From Archangium sp. (GTDB taxonomy: Bacteria; Myxococcota; Myxococcia; Myxococcales; Myxococcaceae): DNA of 26,351 nucleotides. The stretch is from positions 1 to 26,351 of the forward strand of contig JANLPS010000126.1 of NCBI GenBank assembly GCA_031367385.1, written 5' to 3'. Numbering within the stretch: position 1 is the first letter of the stretch; every line of letters begins with the position of its first letter. Below, one piece after another: positions 12,011 to 20,588 of this stretch. The position numbers and the translations under genes are program-made. Below the pieces are notes generated by a model, which saw only the letters and a program-made list of their open reading frames with translations, ran no database searches and was not told the origin of the DNA.

Positions 12011-12043
12011 ACTGCTTCGCGTTTGTTTCGTCGCTTCGTCGCT

Positions 12044-12958
12044 TCAGACCAGGTGCGCGGCGGGCCCGGCGACTGGCGAAACCAAGACGTCGGCTTCGAG
12101 ACCCACCGTGCTGAACGCAGCCTGCATCGCGGTGGCGGCTCGCTGGGCAGTCGCTCGGCCGTCGCACCAGGCGAAGACGCTGGGCCCGGCGCCCGAGATG
12201 CTTGCGCCGAGCGCGCCGCAGTCGAGGGCCCCCTGCTTGACCCGCTCAAACCCGGGTATCAGCGAGGCCCTGCGCGGCTCGACCAGCACGTCTCGAAGCC
12301 CACGCCGAATGGTCTCGAGGCTCCCGCTGAAGCAGCCCGCCAAGACCAAGGCCAACCCTTCACTTTGCACCACGAAGTCGTGCAGCTCGTACGCGCCCTT
12401 GAGCGCCGCCCGAGCGGTTCTGGTCTCGAGCACGAAATGCGGGTGCACCAGGGCGCAGTGCAGCGCGGCCGGCACCGGCACCGACACCGGCAGGCCCTGC
12501 GCTGGAGCGATGACCAGGCCGCCCAGCAACATCGGCGCGACGTTGTCTCCATGCCGGCTGCCGCTCGCGGCTGACTCGCCTTCGATGGCCAGCTCGTACA
12601 ATTCAGCCATCGTCAACGGCACGTCGAGCACGGCGTTCGCCGCGACCAGGGCCGCCACCGCCGAGGCCGCTGACCCGCCCATGCCCGAGCCCAGCGCGAT
12701 GCCCTTGTGCAGCTCGACCTCGAAGCCGAGGCCTGGGCGCTTGGCCAGCACACCCAGCAGGGCGCGGCCGGCGGTGTTGGCCTCGGGCGCGAGCGGTAGA
12801 TTTTCGACGACGCCGTGAATGGCGCGAATGACGACCCGGCCGCTGGTGGTGCGCTCGACCGTCGCGCGATCTCCGGCGCCCTCGACCGAATGCCCGAGAA
12901 TGTCGAACCCGACCGCGACGTTGCCAACCGACGCTGGCGCGAAGGCGGTCGCTTTCAC
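12044..12958 (-). CDS. thrB: Homoserine kinase
   Basis: APASVGNVAVGFDILG, GHMP motif IALGSGMGGSAAS, HGDNVAP, ISGAGPS. GTGA overlap with the thrA stop. Confidence 0.97.
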   Translation of the reverse strand: MKATAFAPASVGNVAVGFDILGHSVEGAGDRATVERTTSGRVVIRAIHGVVENLPLAPEANTAGRALLGVLAKRPGLGFEVELHKGIALGSGMGGSAASAVAALVAANAVLDVPLTMAELYELAIEGESAASGSRHGDNVAPMLLGGLVIAPAQGLPVSVPVPAALHCALVHPHFVLETRTARAALKGAYELHDFVVQSEGLALVLAGCFSGSLETIRRGLRDVLVEPRRASLIPGFERVKQGALDCGALGASISGAGPSVFAWCDGRATAQRAATAMQAAFSTVGLEADVLVSPVAGPAAHLV

Positions 12959-15384
12959 AGCTTGGCCCCGAGCGAAGAGGCGATTCGGAGCAGGTCGGCG
13001 AACACGCCCGCTGCGGTGACCTCCGGGCCGGCGCCCGGGCCCTGCACGACCAACGGGTTCTCGTTGTAGCGACGGGTGGTGAACTGCACCACGTTGTCGG
13101 TGAGCCGAATGTGCGCGAAGGCGTGGGCGTGAGGCACCTCCATCAACCCCACGCGCGCCTTGCCGCCGAGCTCGAGGCGGGCGACGTAGCGGAGCACGGT
13201 GCCGTTGGCCTGGGCCTTGGCGAAGCGCTCCCGCATCGGCGCGTCGAGCTCTTTGACCCGCGCCAGAAATTCATCGGTGGAGACCTTGGCCAGGCCGGCC
13301 GGCACCAGGCTCTCGAGGCCCACGTCGTCGAGCGTGGTCGACCAGCCGTTTTCACGCGCGAGAATCACCAGCTTGCGGGCGACGTCGAGGCCTGACAGGT
13401 CGTCTCGCGGGTCAGGCTCGGTGTAGCCGCGCGCTTTCGCGTCGAGCACCAGGTCAGAGAACGCCGTCTTGCCGTCGTAGCGATTGAACAGGTACGCCAG
13501 GGTGCCCGAGAAGATGCCCTCGACTTTTTCGACCTCGTCGCCGGTGTCGATCAAATCGCGCAGGGTTTGAATGATCGGCAACCCCGCGCCGACGGTCGAC
13601 TCGTAGCGAAACTTGGCCGAGGTCTTCGCGGTGGCCGCGCGAATGGCTTGGTACCGAGACCACGGGCCCGAGCCCGCATGCTTGTTCGGGGTAATCACGT
13701 GAATGCCCCGGGCGAGCCAGCTGGGGTACAGCTCGGCCACGTCGTTGCTGGCGCTGCAGTCGATGATCACCGAGTGCGGCAGGTGCTCGGCCTGCACGTG
13801 GTCGGCGAAGCGGGCGAAGTTGGTCGGGCCGGCGTCTTTCGGGTCGAGCAGGGTCATCAGCTGCCGCTTGGCGACGGCTCTGACGCGCAGGTCGAGGTGA
13901 TTGTCTCGAAGCAGCTTCTCGCGGGTGGCTTCGATTTGGCTCAGCAACCACTGGCCGACGTGACCGGGGCCGATGACGCCGACCGAGATGGTCTGGGGTG
14001 AGAGGTAAAACCCCGAGTGCACGGCTCGCAGCGCCCGGGTGGCATCGGCGGCCGCGATGGCCACTGAGATGTTTCGCTCACTGCTGCCTTGGGCGATCGC
14101 CCGAACGTTGACTCCGGCGCGACCCAAGGTCGAGAAGAGCCTCGCCGCCACGCCCGGAGTGCCTGCCATGCCATCTCCGACCACCGCCAGCACGGCGACG
14201 CCAGGCGTGACGGTGACGTCGGCGATCTGCGCGCCTCTCACCTCGCGGGTGAAGGCCTCGAGCAGCGCGGTGCGGGCCCGGTCGGCGCCTTTTTCTTGAA
14301 TCACGCAGCAGATCGAATGCTCCGAGCTGCCTTGCGAGATCATCACCACCGAGATGCCGGCGCGCTTGAGCGCCTCGAAGGCCCGCTCGGCGGTGCCAGG
14401 CACCCCAATCATGCCAGCGCCTTCGATGTTGAGCAGGGCGAGGCCCGAGAACGTGGTGATGCCCTTGACCGGTTGGGTCGGGTCGGTCGTCTTCTCGATG
14501 CGCGTGCCCGGCTTGTGTGGAGCGAAGGTGTTGCGAATGAAGATCGGCAGGCCGCGGGCAATCGCAGGCGCCATGGTCTGCGGGTGAATGACCTTGGCGC
14601 CGAAGTACGCCAGCTCGCAGGCTTCGGAGTACGACATGTGCGAGAGCAGCACGGCCTCTGGCACCACGCGCGGGTCGGCCGAGAGCACGCCATCGACGTC
14701 CGTCCAGATGTGGACTTCGGAGGCGTCGAAGAGGGCCGCGAAGATGGCGCCCGAGTAGTCGCTGCCGTTTCGGCCGAGCGTGGTGATGCGCCCAGCACGG
14801 TCTCGGGCGATGAAGCCGGTCACGATGACGCGCTCGAGCTCGCGGCCGGCGCGCCAGGCCTTCAGCTTCTGCGCTGAGAGGTCCCAGTCGACGCTCGCGC
14901 CGAGCTCACCGTGGTCGACGACGAGCACCTCGCGCGCGTCGAGCCAGGCGCTGGGCACCTTCTGGCTGTGCAGGTACGCGTCGAGCATCGACGACGACCA
15001 GACCTCCCCGAGGCCGCTGATCAAATCCATCAGGTCGGGGGAGACCGCGCCGACCAGCGACTGTGCGTTGAGCAGGGCCCGCAGGTTCTCGAACTCGGAG
15101 TCGATTTTCGCCAGCGGCCCGGTGGCGTGCGCCAAGAGCAGCTCGGTCGCAGTATCGCGGTGCTGCTTGTGGAGCGCGTCGAAGTCGGCCGACCACGAGG
15201 GGTCGCGTGACGCGGCCTTTCGAACGAGCGAAATCAAGGCGTCGGTCACGCCTGACATCGCCGAGACGACGACGATTTGACGCTCTTTTCGGCCGAGGAG
15301 AATGTCAGCGACGCCACGCAACCGCGATGCGTTCGCGACGCTGGTACCGCCAAATTTATGAGCAACGGGGGCAGTGTTCGACAC
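12955..15384 (-). CDS. thrA: Bifunctional aspartokinase / homoserine dehydrogenase
   Basis: KFGGTSV, TTLGRNGSDYS, WTDVDG, two ACT domains (QGSSEHSI, QGSSERNI), GPGHVG nucleotide-binding motif, YESTVGAGLP, GYTEPDPRDDLSG, GPGAGPEVTA. Confidence 0.97.
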   Translation of the reverse strand: MSNTAPVAHKFGGTSVANASRLRGVADILLGRKERQIVVVSAMSGVTDALISLVRKAASRDPSWSADFDALHKQHRDTATELLLAHATGPLAKIDSEFENLRALLNAQSLVGAVSPDLMDLISGLGEVWSSSMLDAYLHSQKVPSAWLDAREVLVVDHGELGASVDWDLSAQKLKAWRAGRELERVIVTGFIARDRAGRITTLGRNGSDYSGAIFAALFDASEVHIWTDVDGVLSADPRVVPEAVLLSHMSYSEACELAYFGAKVIHPQTMAPAIARGLPIFIRNTFAPHKPGTRIEKTTDPTQPVKGITTFSGLALLNIEGAGMIGVPGTAERAFEALKRAGISVVMISQGSSEHSICCVIQEKGADRARTALLEAFTREVRGAQIADVTVTPGVAVLAVVGDGMAGTPGVAARLFSTLGRAGVNVRAIAQGSSERNISVAIAAADATRALRAVHSGFYLSPQTISVGVIGPGHVGQWLLSQIEATREKLLRDNHLDLRVRAVAKRQLMTLLDPKDAGPTNFARFADHVQAEHLPHSVIIDCSASNDVAELYPSWLARGIHVITPNKHAGSGPWSRYQAIRAATAKTSAKFRYESTVGAGLPIIQTLRDLIDTGDEVEKVEGIFSGTLAYLFNRYDGKTAFSDLVLDAKARGYTEPDPRDDLSGLDVARKLVILARENGWSTTLDDVGLESLVPAGLAKVSTDEFLARVKELDAPMRERFAKAQANGTVLRYVARLELGGKARVGLMEVPHAHAFAHIRLTDNVVQFTTRRYNENPLVVQGPGAGPEVTAAGVFADLLRIASSLGAKL

Positions 15385-15393
15385 CCCCGAATG

Positions 15394-15475
15394 CTACGGC
15401 GTGCCGACTCCGACGTCTCGGGTGACGACGCCCGTTTTGCGTGCACCGGCCGCGGTCAATTGCTTGACGAGCGCG
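15394..15475 (-). pseudogene. Relic copy of the 3' end of the CapA-family gene
   Basis: 15398-15475 aligns ungapped to 17756-17833 at 60/78 nt (hand count). It translates ALVKQLTAAGARKTGVVTRDVGVGTP* versus ALVKQLTAADFPKTGVVIHDDGVITP. Confidence 0.88.
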
Positions 15476-15571
15476 TGCGCGTCAGGGTGCCCTCGCCTTG
15501 ACGAACCGATGTGTTGATACCGATGACCCGACGCCAACTCACGGCGAAGGAGCGCCGTCGACGATTCGCAG

Positions 15572-16506
15572 TCATGGGGCCGGGGTGGTTTCACCTCGCG
15601 CGAACCGAGCGATGGCCTCGGGGTCATGCGCTGGCAGGAGGGAGGTCGGCCGCTCCGCGAGGCGCTGGGCGATCAGGTCGAGCGAGCGCAACGCATCACC
15701 GGGGACCTCACTGATGCCTGCGATGCGACGCGCGCGCAGCTGGGCGAGGTCGAAGACCGCGTCGCCAGCGAAGAGCACCGCGCCGTACGCGTTGCCAAGC
15801 TCGACGCCCAAGTGGCCAGGAGAATGCCCCTTGAGGGGGACGATTCGAAGCGCCCCATCGCTGGTCAGCGCGCGCTGGGCATCGACCAGGGTCGGGGTTC
15901 GGCCGGCTGGCCAGCGACAAGCCAGTGCGCCGGCGTGGGTCGGCCAGTCGCCGCTGCCGACGAAGACCTCGGCGGTACTGGGCACCAGCCGTAACCCGTC
16001 GGTGTGGTCGGCATGGCGGTGCGTCAGCACCACGCCCCGCACCCGGTCGACCGAGAGCCCGAGAGCCCGACCTCCGCCAGTCGGGCGTCGATTCGATCTG
16101 CCGGCGTGAATTGAAATTGTAAGAGGTTGCGGTAGACGAACGAGGTGCCTGGGTCGCACGCGAAGTGCGCTTCGGTCAGCATGTCTTCGGTGAGCCCGGT
16201 GTCGATGAGAAAGAGCCCCTCGGGGTGCTCGACTGCGTAGCTCATCACCGGCATCCACGGCGTCCACTCCCGGTCGGCGACGATTGAGAGCATGCGGGTG
16301 GCGAGGGGGCCACGCAGATCTCGGTGCGATCGCTTCACCCGCACCCACCCGGTCAACAGCGCGTGCACGCGAATCGGCCCAAAGGCGCGGGTCGTCGCCC
16401 CCGGTACCTCGGGTCTGGGTGCATCGCTCGGTCGACGCAACCCGACGCACGCCATCAGCCCCGCGGCCGCCACCAGCCCGAGCGAAATCAACGCCGCCCA
16501 CTTCAC
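15572..16506 (-). pseudogene. Metallo-beta-lactamase-fold hydrolase (N-acyl-homoserine-lactonase-like), frameshifted
   Basis: The N-terminal half (signal anchor, YAVEHPEGLFLIDTG) is in ORF 16024-16506. The C-terminal half (THRHADH, GHSPGH, FAGDA, PAHD) is in the frame ending at 15572. The frames are offset by an 8-bp tandem duplication GAGAGCCC at 16053-16068. Confidence 0.85.
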
Positions 16507-17015
16507 GGCTGGGGCCCCTCGGCCAGCTTTACGATGCGCGCCATCACCTCGGGCAGCGCCTCCCGATAGCGAGGCCCGAAGAAGGGGCTCAAGAGCCAGC
16601 CACCAAAGCCCCTGAAGCGCACGTCATGGGTGAAGCGCGTCGTCTGACCGTCACGCTCGAGCGTGCGCTCGATGACCAGCTGCCCGCCCAGCGGCAGCGC
16701 GGTGGAGATCTGGTTGCGCACCAAAGGCTCGAACGCCACCACCTCGAAGCTGGCCTCTGGTGCACCCTTGCCCTTCAGGGCTCCCTTTGCGCCCACCACG
16801 AACGGCCCGTCGAGGCGCGCTGACTCGAGCTCGGTGTCCCACCTGGGCCAGGTGTCGACCTCCGTCCACAAGCGCCAGACGACCTCTGGCTGGGCCCTCG
16901 CCACAGAAACGTGGCTGAAGTGTGTGTTCGTACCGTCGGCGACGATCTTCGAATTCATGGAGCACCCTGTGAAAACAACGAGACATGAGACCAGCAGTGG
17001 GTTTTGAGTGAGCAT
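16503..17015 (-). CDS. SRPBCC (polyketide cyclase/Bet v1-like) family protein, possibly a lipoprotein
   Basis: PEVVWRLWTEVDTWPRWD...DGPFVVG pattern; N-terminal VVFTGC lipobox-like segment. An alternative start is ATG 16958. Confidence 0.85.
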   Translation of the reverse strand: MLTQNPLLVSCLVVFTGCSMNSKIVADGTNTHFSHVSVARAQPEVVWRLWTEVDTWPRWDTELESARLDGPFVVGAKGALKGKGAPEASFEVVAFEPLVRNQISTALPLGGQLVIERTLERDGQTTRFTHDVRFRGFGGWLLSPFFGPRYREALPEVMARIVKLAEGPQP

Positions 17016-17023
17016 TGCTCACT
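17007..17023. promoter_or_regulatory. Candidate TetR operator
   Basis: Perfect inverted repeat AGTGAGCA-T-TGCTCACT at the divergent SRPBCC/TetR junction. Confidence 0.6.
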
Positions 17024-17057
17024 GGCAATACAATCGCAAATCTGCGAAAGCAACTCG

Positions 17058-17732
17058 ATGCGAGCGAAAGCGTCACCTCGGGCACTTTCACGCCGAGACC
17101 CCGCGGCACGGCTTCAGTTGCTGTTGGCCTCAGCGGCGAAGCTCTTTGCCCAGCGAGGCTACGAGAACACCTCGGTCAACCACGTCGCCGACGCAGCAGG
17201 GGTGTCGGTCGGGTTGATCTACAAGTACTACAGCGACAAGCCGGCCTTGCTCGAGGCGGTGCTCGAATCGTTCGAGTCGGAGTTCGTGACCGGGCTGGCT
17301 CAGGTTCGGGCGCTGCCGCTGCCAGCCTTCGAGCGACTCAAGCTGATGATGCGCGGGCTCTTCGACCTCGCCGGGCGCCGCGACTCGTTTTTTTGGGCCT
17401 TGACCGCGGGCACCCACGGGCTGCGAGGCGTGCGCGACTACCAGCCCGGCGCCGCGCTGCGCACCGAGATCGCCGCCTTCTTGCGCGACGGGGTCGCGAG
17501 CGGAGAATTTCGCGACGTCGACGTCGAGCGAGTGGCCGCGCTTGGGTACGGCGTTGTCGAGACGGCCATGCGGCACTGCTTCAGCCCCTTGGAGCAGGGC
17601 CGCCAATGCCGCGAGTGGGAGGCTACCGTCTACGAGCTGTTGGCGCGCAACGTTCGCCCCGGCCCACTCGAAGCGCCCGCGCTGATCAAGCCGCCGCGCT
17701 CACGTCGCAAGCGGCCTGCGAGCTCGCGCTGA
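17058..17732 (+). CDS. TetR/AcrR family transcriptional regulator
   Basis: HTH pattern AAKLFAQRGYENTSVNHVADAAGVSVGLIYKYYSDKPALL; C-terminal GVASGEFR; divergent from the SRPBCC-MBL genes. Confidence 0.93.
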   Translation: MRAKASPRALSRRDPAARLQLLLASAAKLFAQRGYENTSVNHVADAAGVSVGLIYKYYSDKPALLEAVLESFESEFVTGLAQVRALPLPAFERLKLMMRGLFDLAGRRDSFFWALTAGTHGLRGVRDYQPGAALRTEIAAFLRDGVASGEFRDVDVERVAALGYGVVETAMRHCFSPLEQGRQCREWEATVYELLARNVRPGPLEAPALIKPPRSRRKRPASSR

Positions 17733-17736
17733 CCCT

Positions 17737-18765
17737 TCAGTGATCGCGGCCATCTGGGGTGATGACGCCGTCGTCGTGAATCACGACGCCCGTTTTCGGG
17801 AAATCAGCCGCGGTCAATTGTTTGACGAGCGCGATGCCTTTGCCCGTCGGGTCGGGAGACGGAATGCCCTGCCCTTCTTGTTTGGTCGGCAGCAGCTTGC
17901 CCTTGATGAAGCGGCCGTCGGCTCCGAGCTCGACCTCGAGAATGACCGCGATGCCCAGCGGGCCTCCGAGGCTGAAGCGGCCGTAGGTGGCGAAGTTGCC
18001 CAGCGAGTAGGCGATGAGGTGGCCTTGGTAGAGCTCCATCGCGCGCAAGAGGTGCGGGCCGTGACCGATGACCAGGTCTGCGCCTGCGTCGATGACGCCG
18101 TGGGTGAAGAGCTTCAAATCACCGCGGTTTTCGCCCAAGAACTTCTCTGGGCCGTCGAACACGTGGCCAGCGTTGGTGCCTTCGGCGCCCCCGTGAAAAC
18201 TGACGATGACCAGGTCGTGGCTGGCCTTGGCGGCCTTCACCATTTCTTTGGCGACGGGCAGGTTGTTGACGTCGTTGGTGGCTTCTGAGGTTTGAAAGGC
18301 GATCAACGCGATTTTCTTGCCGTTGAATTCGCGGGTGCCGACCGTGCCGACCGGCCCAGACCACGTCACGCCGAGCGCGTCGAGGGTCTTCTCGGTCTCA
18401 CGCCGGCACTGTTCACCGAAGTCGCCCGCGTGGTTGTTCGCGGTCGAGGCGAGGTCGAGCCCGGCGGCCTGGAGGTATTTGCCGTACGCGGTGGGTGAGC
18501 GAAATGCGAAGCAGTTGCCGCTCTTTTTGCACTTGGTGCTGGTGCCAGAATCGCACAGCGGGCCCTCGAGGTTGGCGAAGGTCAAGTCGGCATCGCGCAT
18601 CAGGGGGGCGACGGTTGAGAGCAGGGTCGCTCCGTCGTCAGGGGGCAAGTGCCCTTCGGGGACGGTGGTGCCCAACATCACGTCGCCGACGGCGCGCAGG
18701 CGCAGAAAGGTTTCGGTGCCAGCATCGGGTTGCGCGGCGAGTAGAACGAGCAGCAGTGCGGTCAT
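17737..18765 (-). CDS. CapA (PGA_cap) family metallophosphoesterase, secreted
   Basis: AVGDVMLG, ANLEGP, TANNHAGDFG, VSFHGG, GADLVIGHGPH, YSLGNF. Hydrophobic N-terminus from ATG 18765. Confidence 0.92.
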   Translation of the reverse strand: MTALLLVLLAAQPDAGTETFLRLRAVGDVMLGTTVPEGHLPPDDGATLLSTVAPLMRDADLTFANLEGPLCDSGTSTKCKKSGNCFAFRSPTAYGKYLQAAGLDLASTANNHAGDFGEQCRRETEKTLDALGVTWSGPVGTVGTREFNGKKIALIAFQTSEATNDVNNLPVAKEMVKAAKASHDLVIVSFHGGAEGTNAGHVFDGPEKFLGENRGDLKLFTHGVIDAGADLVIGHGPHLLRAMELYQGHLIAYSLGNFATYGRFSLGGPLGIAVILEVELGADGRFIKGKLLPTKQEGQGIPSPDPTGKGIALVKQLTAADFPKTGVVIHDDGVITPDGRDH

Positions 18766-18796
18766 AGGTGACGATGAAGTACCAGACCCGTGGGCG

Positions 18797-19220
18797 ATCG
18801 GCTTCAGGCAAGTCGGGGCTTGGGCTTGAGACGCGCGCCGTGAAGTCGAAGGCGACACCGAGCGATGGCCTGAGGAGGCATCAGACCAGGAGGCTGCCAT
18901 CGGCTTCAGGCAAACACGCAGGGGGAGCTGAAACGCCGACGGCGAGCGCGTCAAATCGGGCGGACACAATCGGCTTTCAGGTGAGCGGGCCGGCGAGCGC
19001 ACGCCGCTGGCAGACCTGAGGCTGCCTCAGTGCGGTGATGGCGAAGACGCACCCGATCGATGGCCTGCGCTCTCGGCGCCGGCCTTGGAAGATGCCACCG
19101 GCTTTCAGACATGCTCGGGCCTCGACCACCACGCCGACGGTGCGCCAGGTTGCCGGTGAGGCGGGGAGCGATGGCGTGACCTCGAAGCGCCAGCCCGGGA
19201 GGGATCGAACGGCTGCGCGC
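18797..19220 (-). repeat. Four degenerate tandem copies of the 3' end of the gene at 19224-19718
   Basis: Units start at the motif (AT)CGGCTT(T)CAG at 18797, 18899, 18969 and 19099. 18833-18873 matches 19269-19309 at 38/41. 19127-19142 equals 19230-19245. 19166-19200 matches 19296-19330 with 2 mismatches. Confidence 0.85.
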
Positions 19221-19223
19221 CGG

Positions 19224-19718
19224 CTAAAGCACCACGCCGACGGTGAGCCCGAGGCTGCCGGTGAAGCGGCGCGCCGTGAGGTCGAAGGCGACGCCGAGCG
19301 ATGGCGTGACCTCGAGGCGCCAGACCGGGAGCAGTCGATACCCCACGCCCGTGCTGAGGCCGGGGTGAACCGCACTGCCCACCGTCTCGCCATTCAACCT
19401 GGCGAGGTGCACATACACGAGGTCGGTGCGGAGAAAGGCGAACGGGCCGCCCACCGCTCCGGCCATCGAGGTGGAGAGTGGACCAACGTGCCACCAGCGC
19501 CGGGCCTCGATGCCGAGCGACACGTTGAGGGCGGTGAAGTCGCTGCCCTGGGCGGCGGCGGCTCGAGCCCCCACGCCGAGGGCGAAGCTCCAGCGGAGGC
19601 TCTTTGTCGACCGCTCGGCTTGAACGCTCACGCCCCCGGCGAGCAGTGGCAGGGCCTGGAGCGACACGGTGTTTCGCGAGGGCTCGGCGGCCAGCAACGC
19701 GAGGAGCAGCGAGATCAC
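19224..19718 (-). CDS. Putative small outer-membrane beta-barrel protein (DUF3575-like)
   Basis: Short signal peptide and alternating amphipathic beta-strands (NTVSLQAL, VSLGIEARRW, GLSTGVGYR, GSLGLTVGVVL). GTGA overlap with the upstream hydrolase stop. Confidence 0.65.
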   Translation of the reverse strand: MISLLLALLAAEPSRNTVSLQALPLLAGGVSVQAERSTKSLRWSFALGVGARAAAAQGSDFTALNVSLGIEARRWWHVGPLSTSMAGAVGGPFAFLRTDLVYVHLARLNGETVGSAVHPGLSTGVGYRLLPVWRLEVTPSLGVAFDLTARRFTGSLGLTVGVVL

Positions 19719-20578
19719 TTGGTTGGATCTCCAATCGTTTCGAGGAGAAAGGCGTCGATCGCCAACGCGGCTTCTTCGGAGTCGATGGCGTACTCCTCGT
19801 ACGCGAGCTGATCAGCGCTGACGCCGGGGTTGGCCACGTGCCCGCCCCCACGGAGCATCAAGAGCTCGGCTCGATTGCCACTGCCGACCAACGCGTCTCG
19901 CATGCTCAGCGCGTGCACGGCAGGCACGTATGAGTCTGACTCACCGTGTATGAGAAGATACGGCGGCAGCCCCGCTCTCACGTTGCTGAGCGGAGACGCC
20001 TCGGCATAGCGAGGCTCGTTGCCGTCGAGTGGTGCTCCGATGAAGTCTTGAACGTCATTCGACCAGGCAAGCCACTGGAGCGCCTCTGGAGCGGCCCCCG
20101 CGATCACCGCCGCTGGGGGCGCACCGGTGGGCTCTGCGCAATCTGACTGTGGCGCGGCGGTCGCCAGCTGCGAGACCAGGTACCCACCCGCTGAATACCC
20201 CAGCACCGCGACCTTCGTCGGGTCGAGGCCGAGCGAGTCGGCGTGGTTCTGCAGGTACGACAACGCACATCGGCAGTCTTGCGTGGAGCCGGGATAGGCC
20301 CCAGCGGCATCGAGGCGGTAGTTGATGCTGGCGGTGACGTAGCCGTTCGCGGCGAGCCGCTTGGCGAGGCCCTTGAGCTGCGATTTCGAGCCCCGGTGCC
20401 AACCACCTCCGTGCACGAGCATCACCGCGGGCCGGCGGGAGGCCCCGGCGCCGTCAGTCGAGAGGTCGAGCGTCGTGGCTTCGCCGAACCGCGCGTCGTA
20501 GGTGAAGGTTGCAGCCGTGACCTTCGGCCCGCACGCCACCGAGCCCAATATCACCACGACCGCGACCGCACTGCGCAT
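19715..20578 (-). CDS. Alpha/beta hydrolase (HSL/BD-FAE-like esterase), lipoprotein
   Basis: Lipobox VACG, HGGGW oxyanion motif, INYRL, GYSAG nucleophile, HGESD and GGGH. Confidence 0.92.
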   Translation of the reverse strand: MRSAVAVVVILGSVACGPKVTAATFTYDARFGEATTLDLSTDGAGASRRPAVMLVHGGGWHRGSKSQLKGLAKRLAANGYVTASINYRLDAAGAYPGSTQDCRCALSYLQNHADSLGLDPTKVAVLGYSAGGYLVSQLATAAPQSDCAEPTGAPPAAVIAGAAPEALQWLAWSNDVQDFIGAPLDGNEPRYAEASPLSNVRAGLPPYLLIHGESDSYVPAVHALSMRDALVGSGNRAELLMLRGGGHVANPGVSADQLAYEEYAIDSEEAALAIDAFLLETIGDPTK

Positions 20579-20588
20579 GCAGCCGGAG

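Noticed and set aside
10829..12043. Integron cassette array
   Set aside because: No attC-like RYYYAAC...GTTRRRY structures between the ORFs and no integrase.
15385..15571. thrL-type leader peptide/attenuator upstream of thrA
   Set aside because: No Thr/Ile-rich short ORF or terminator hairpin with a U-tract; the region is explained by the capA relic.
18797..19220. CRISPR array
   Set aside because: Repeats are degenerate and irregularly spaced, the 'spacers' are homologous to each other and to the adjacent gene, and there are no cas genes.
18797..19330. Diversity-generating retroelement TR/VR pair
   Set aside because: Mismatches are not confined to adenines, the copies have large deletions, and no reverse transcriptase is in the window.
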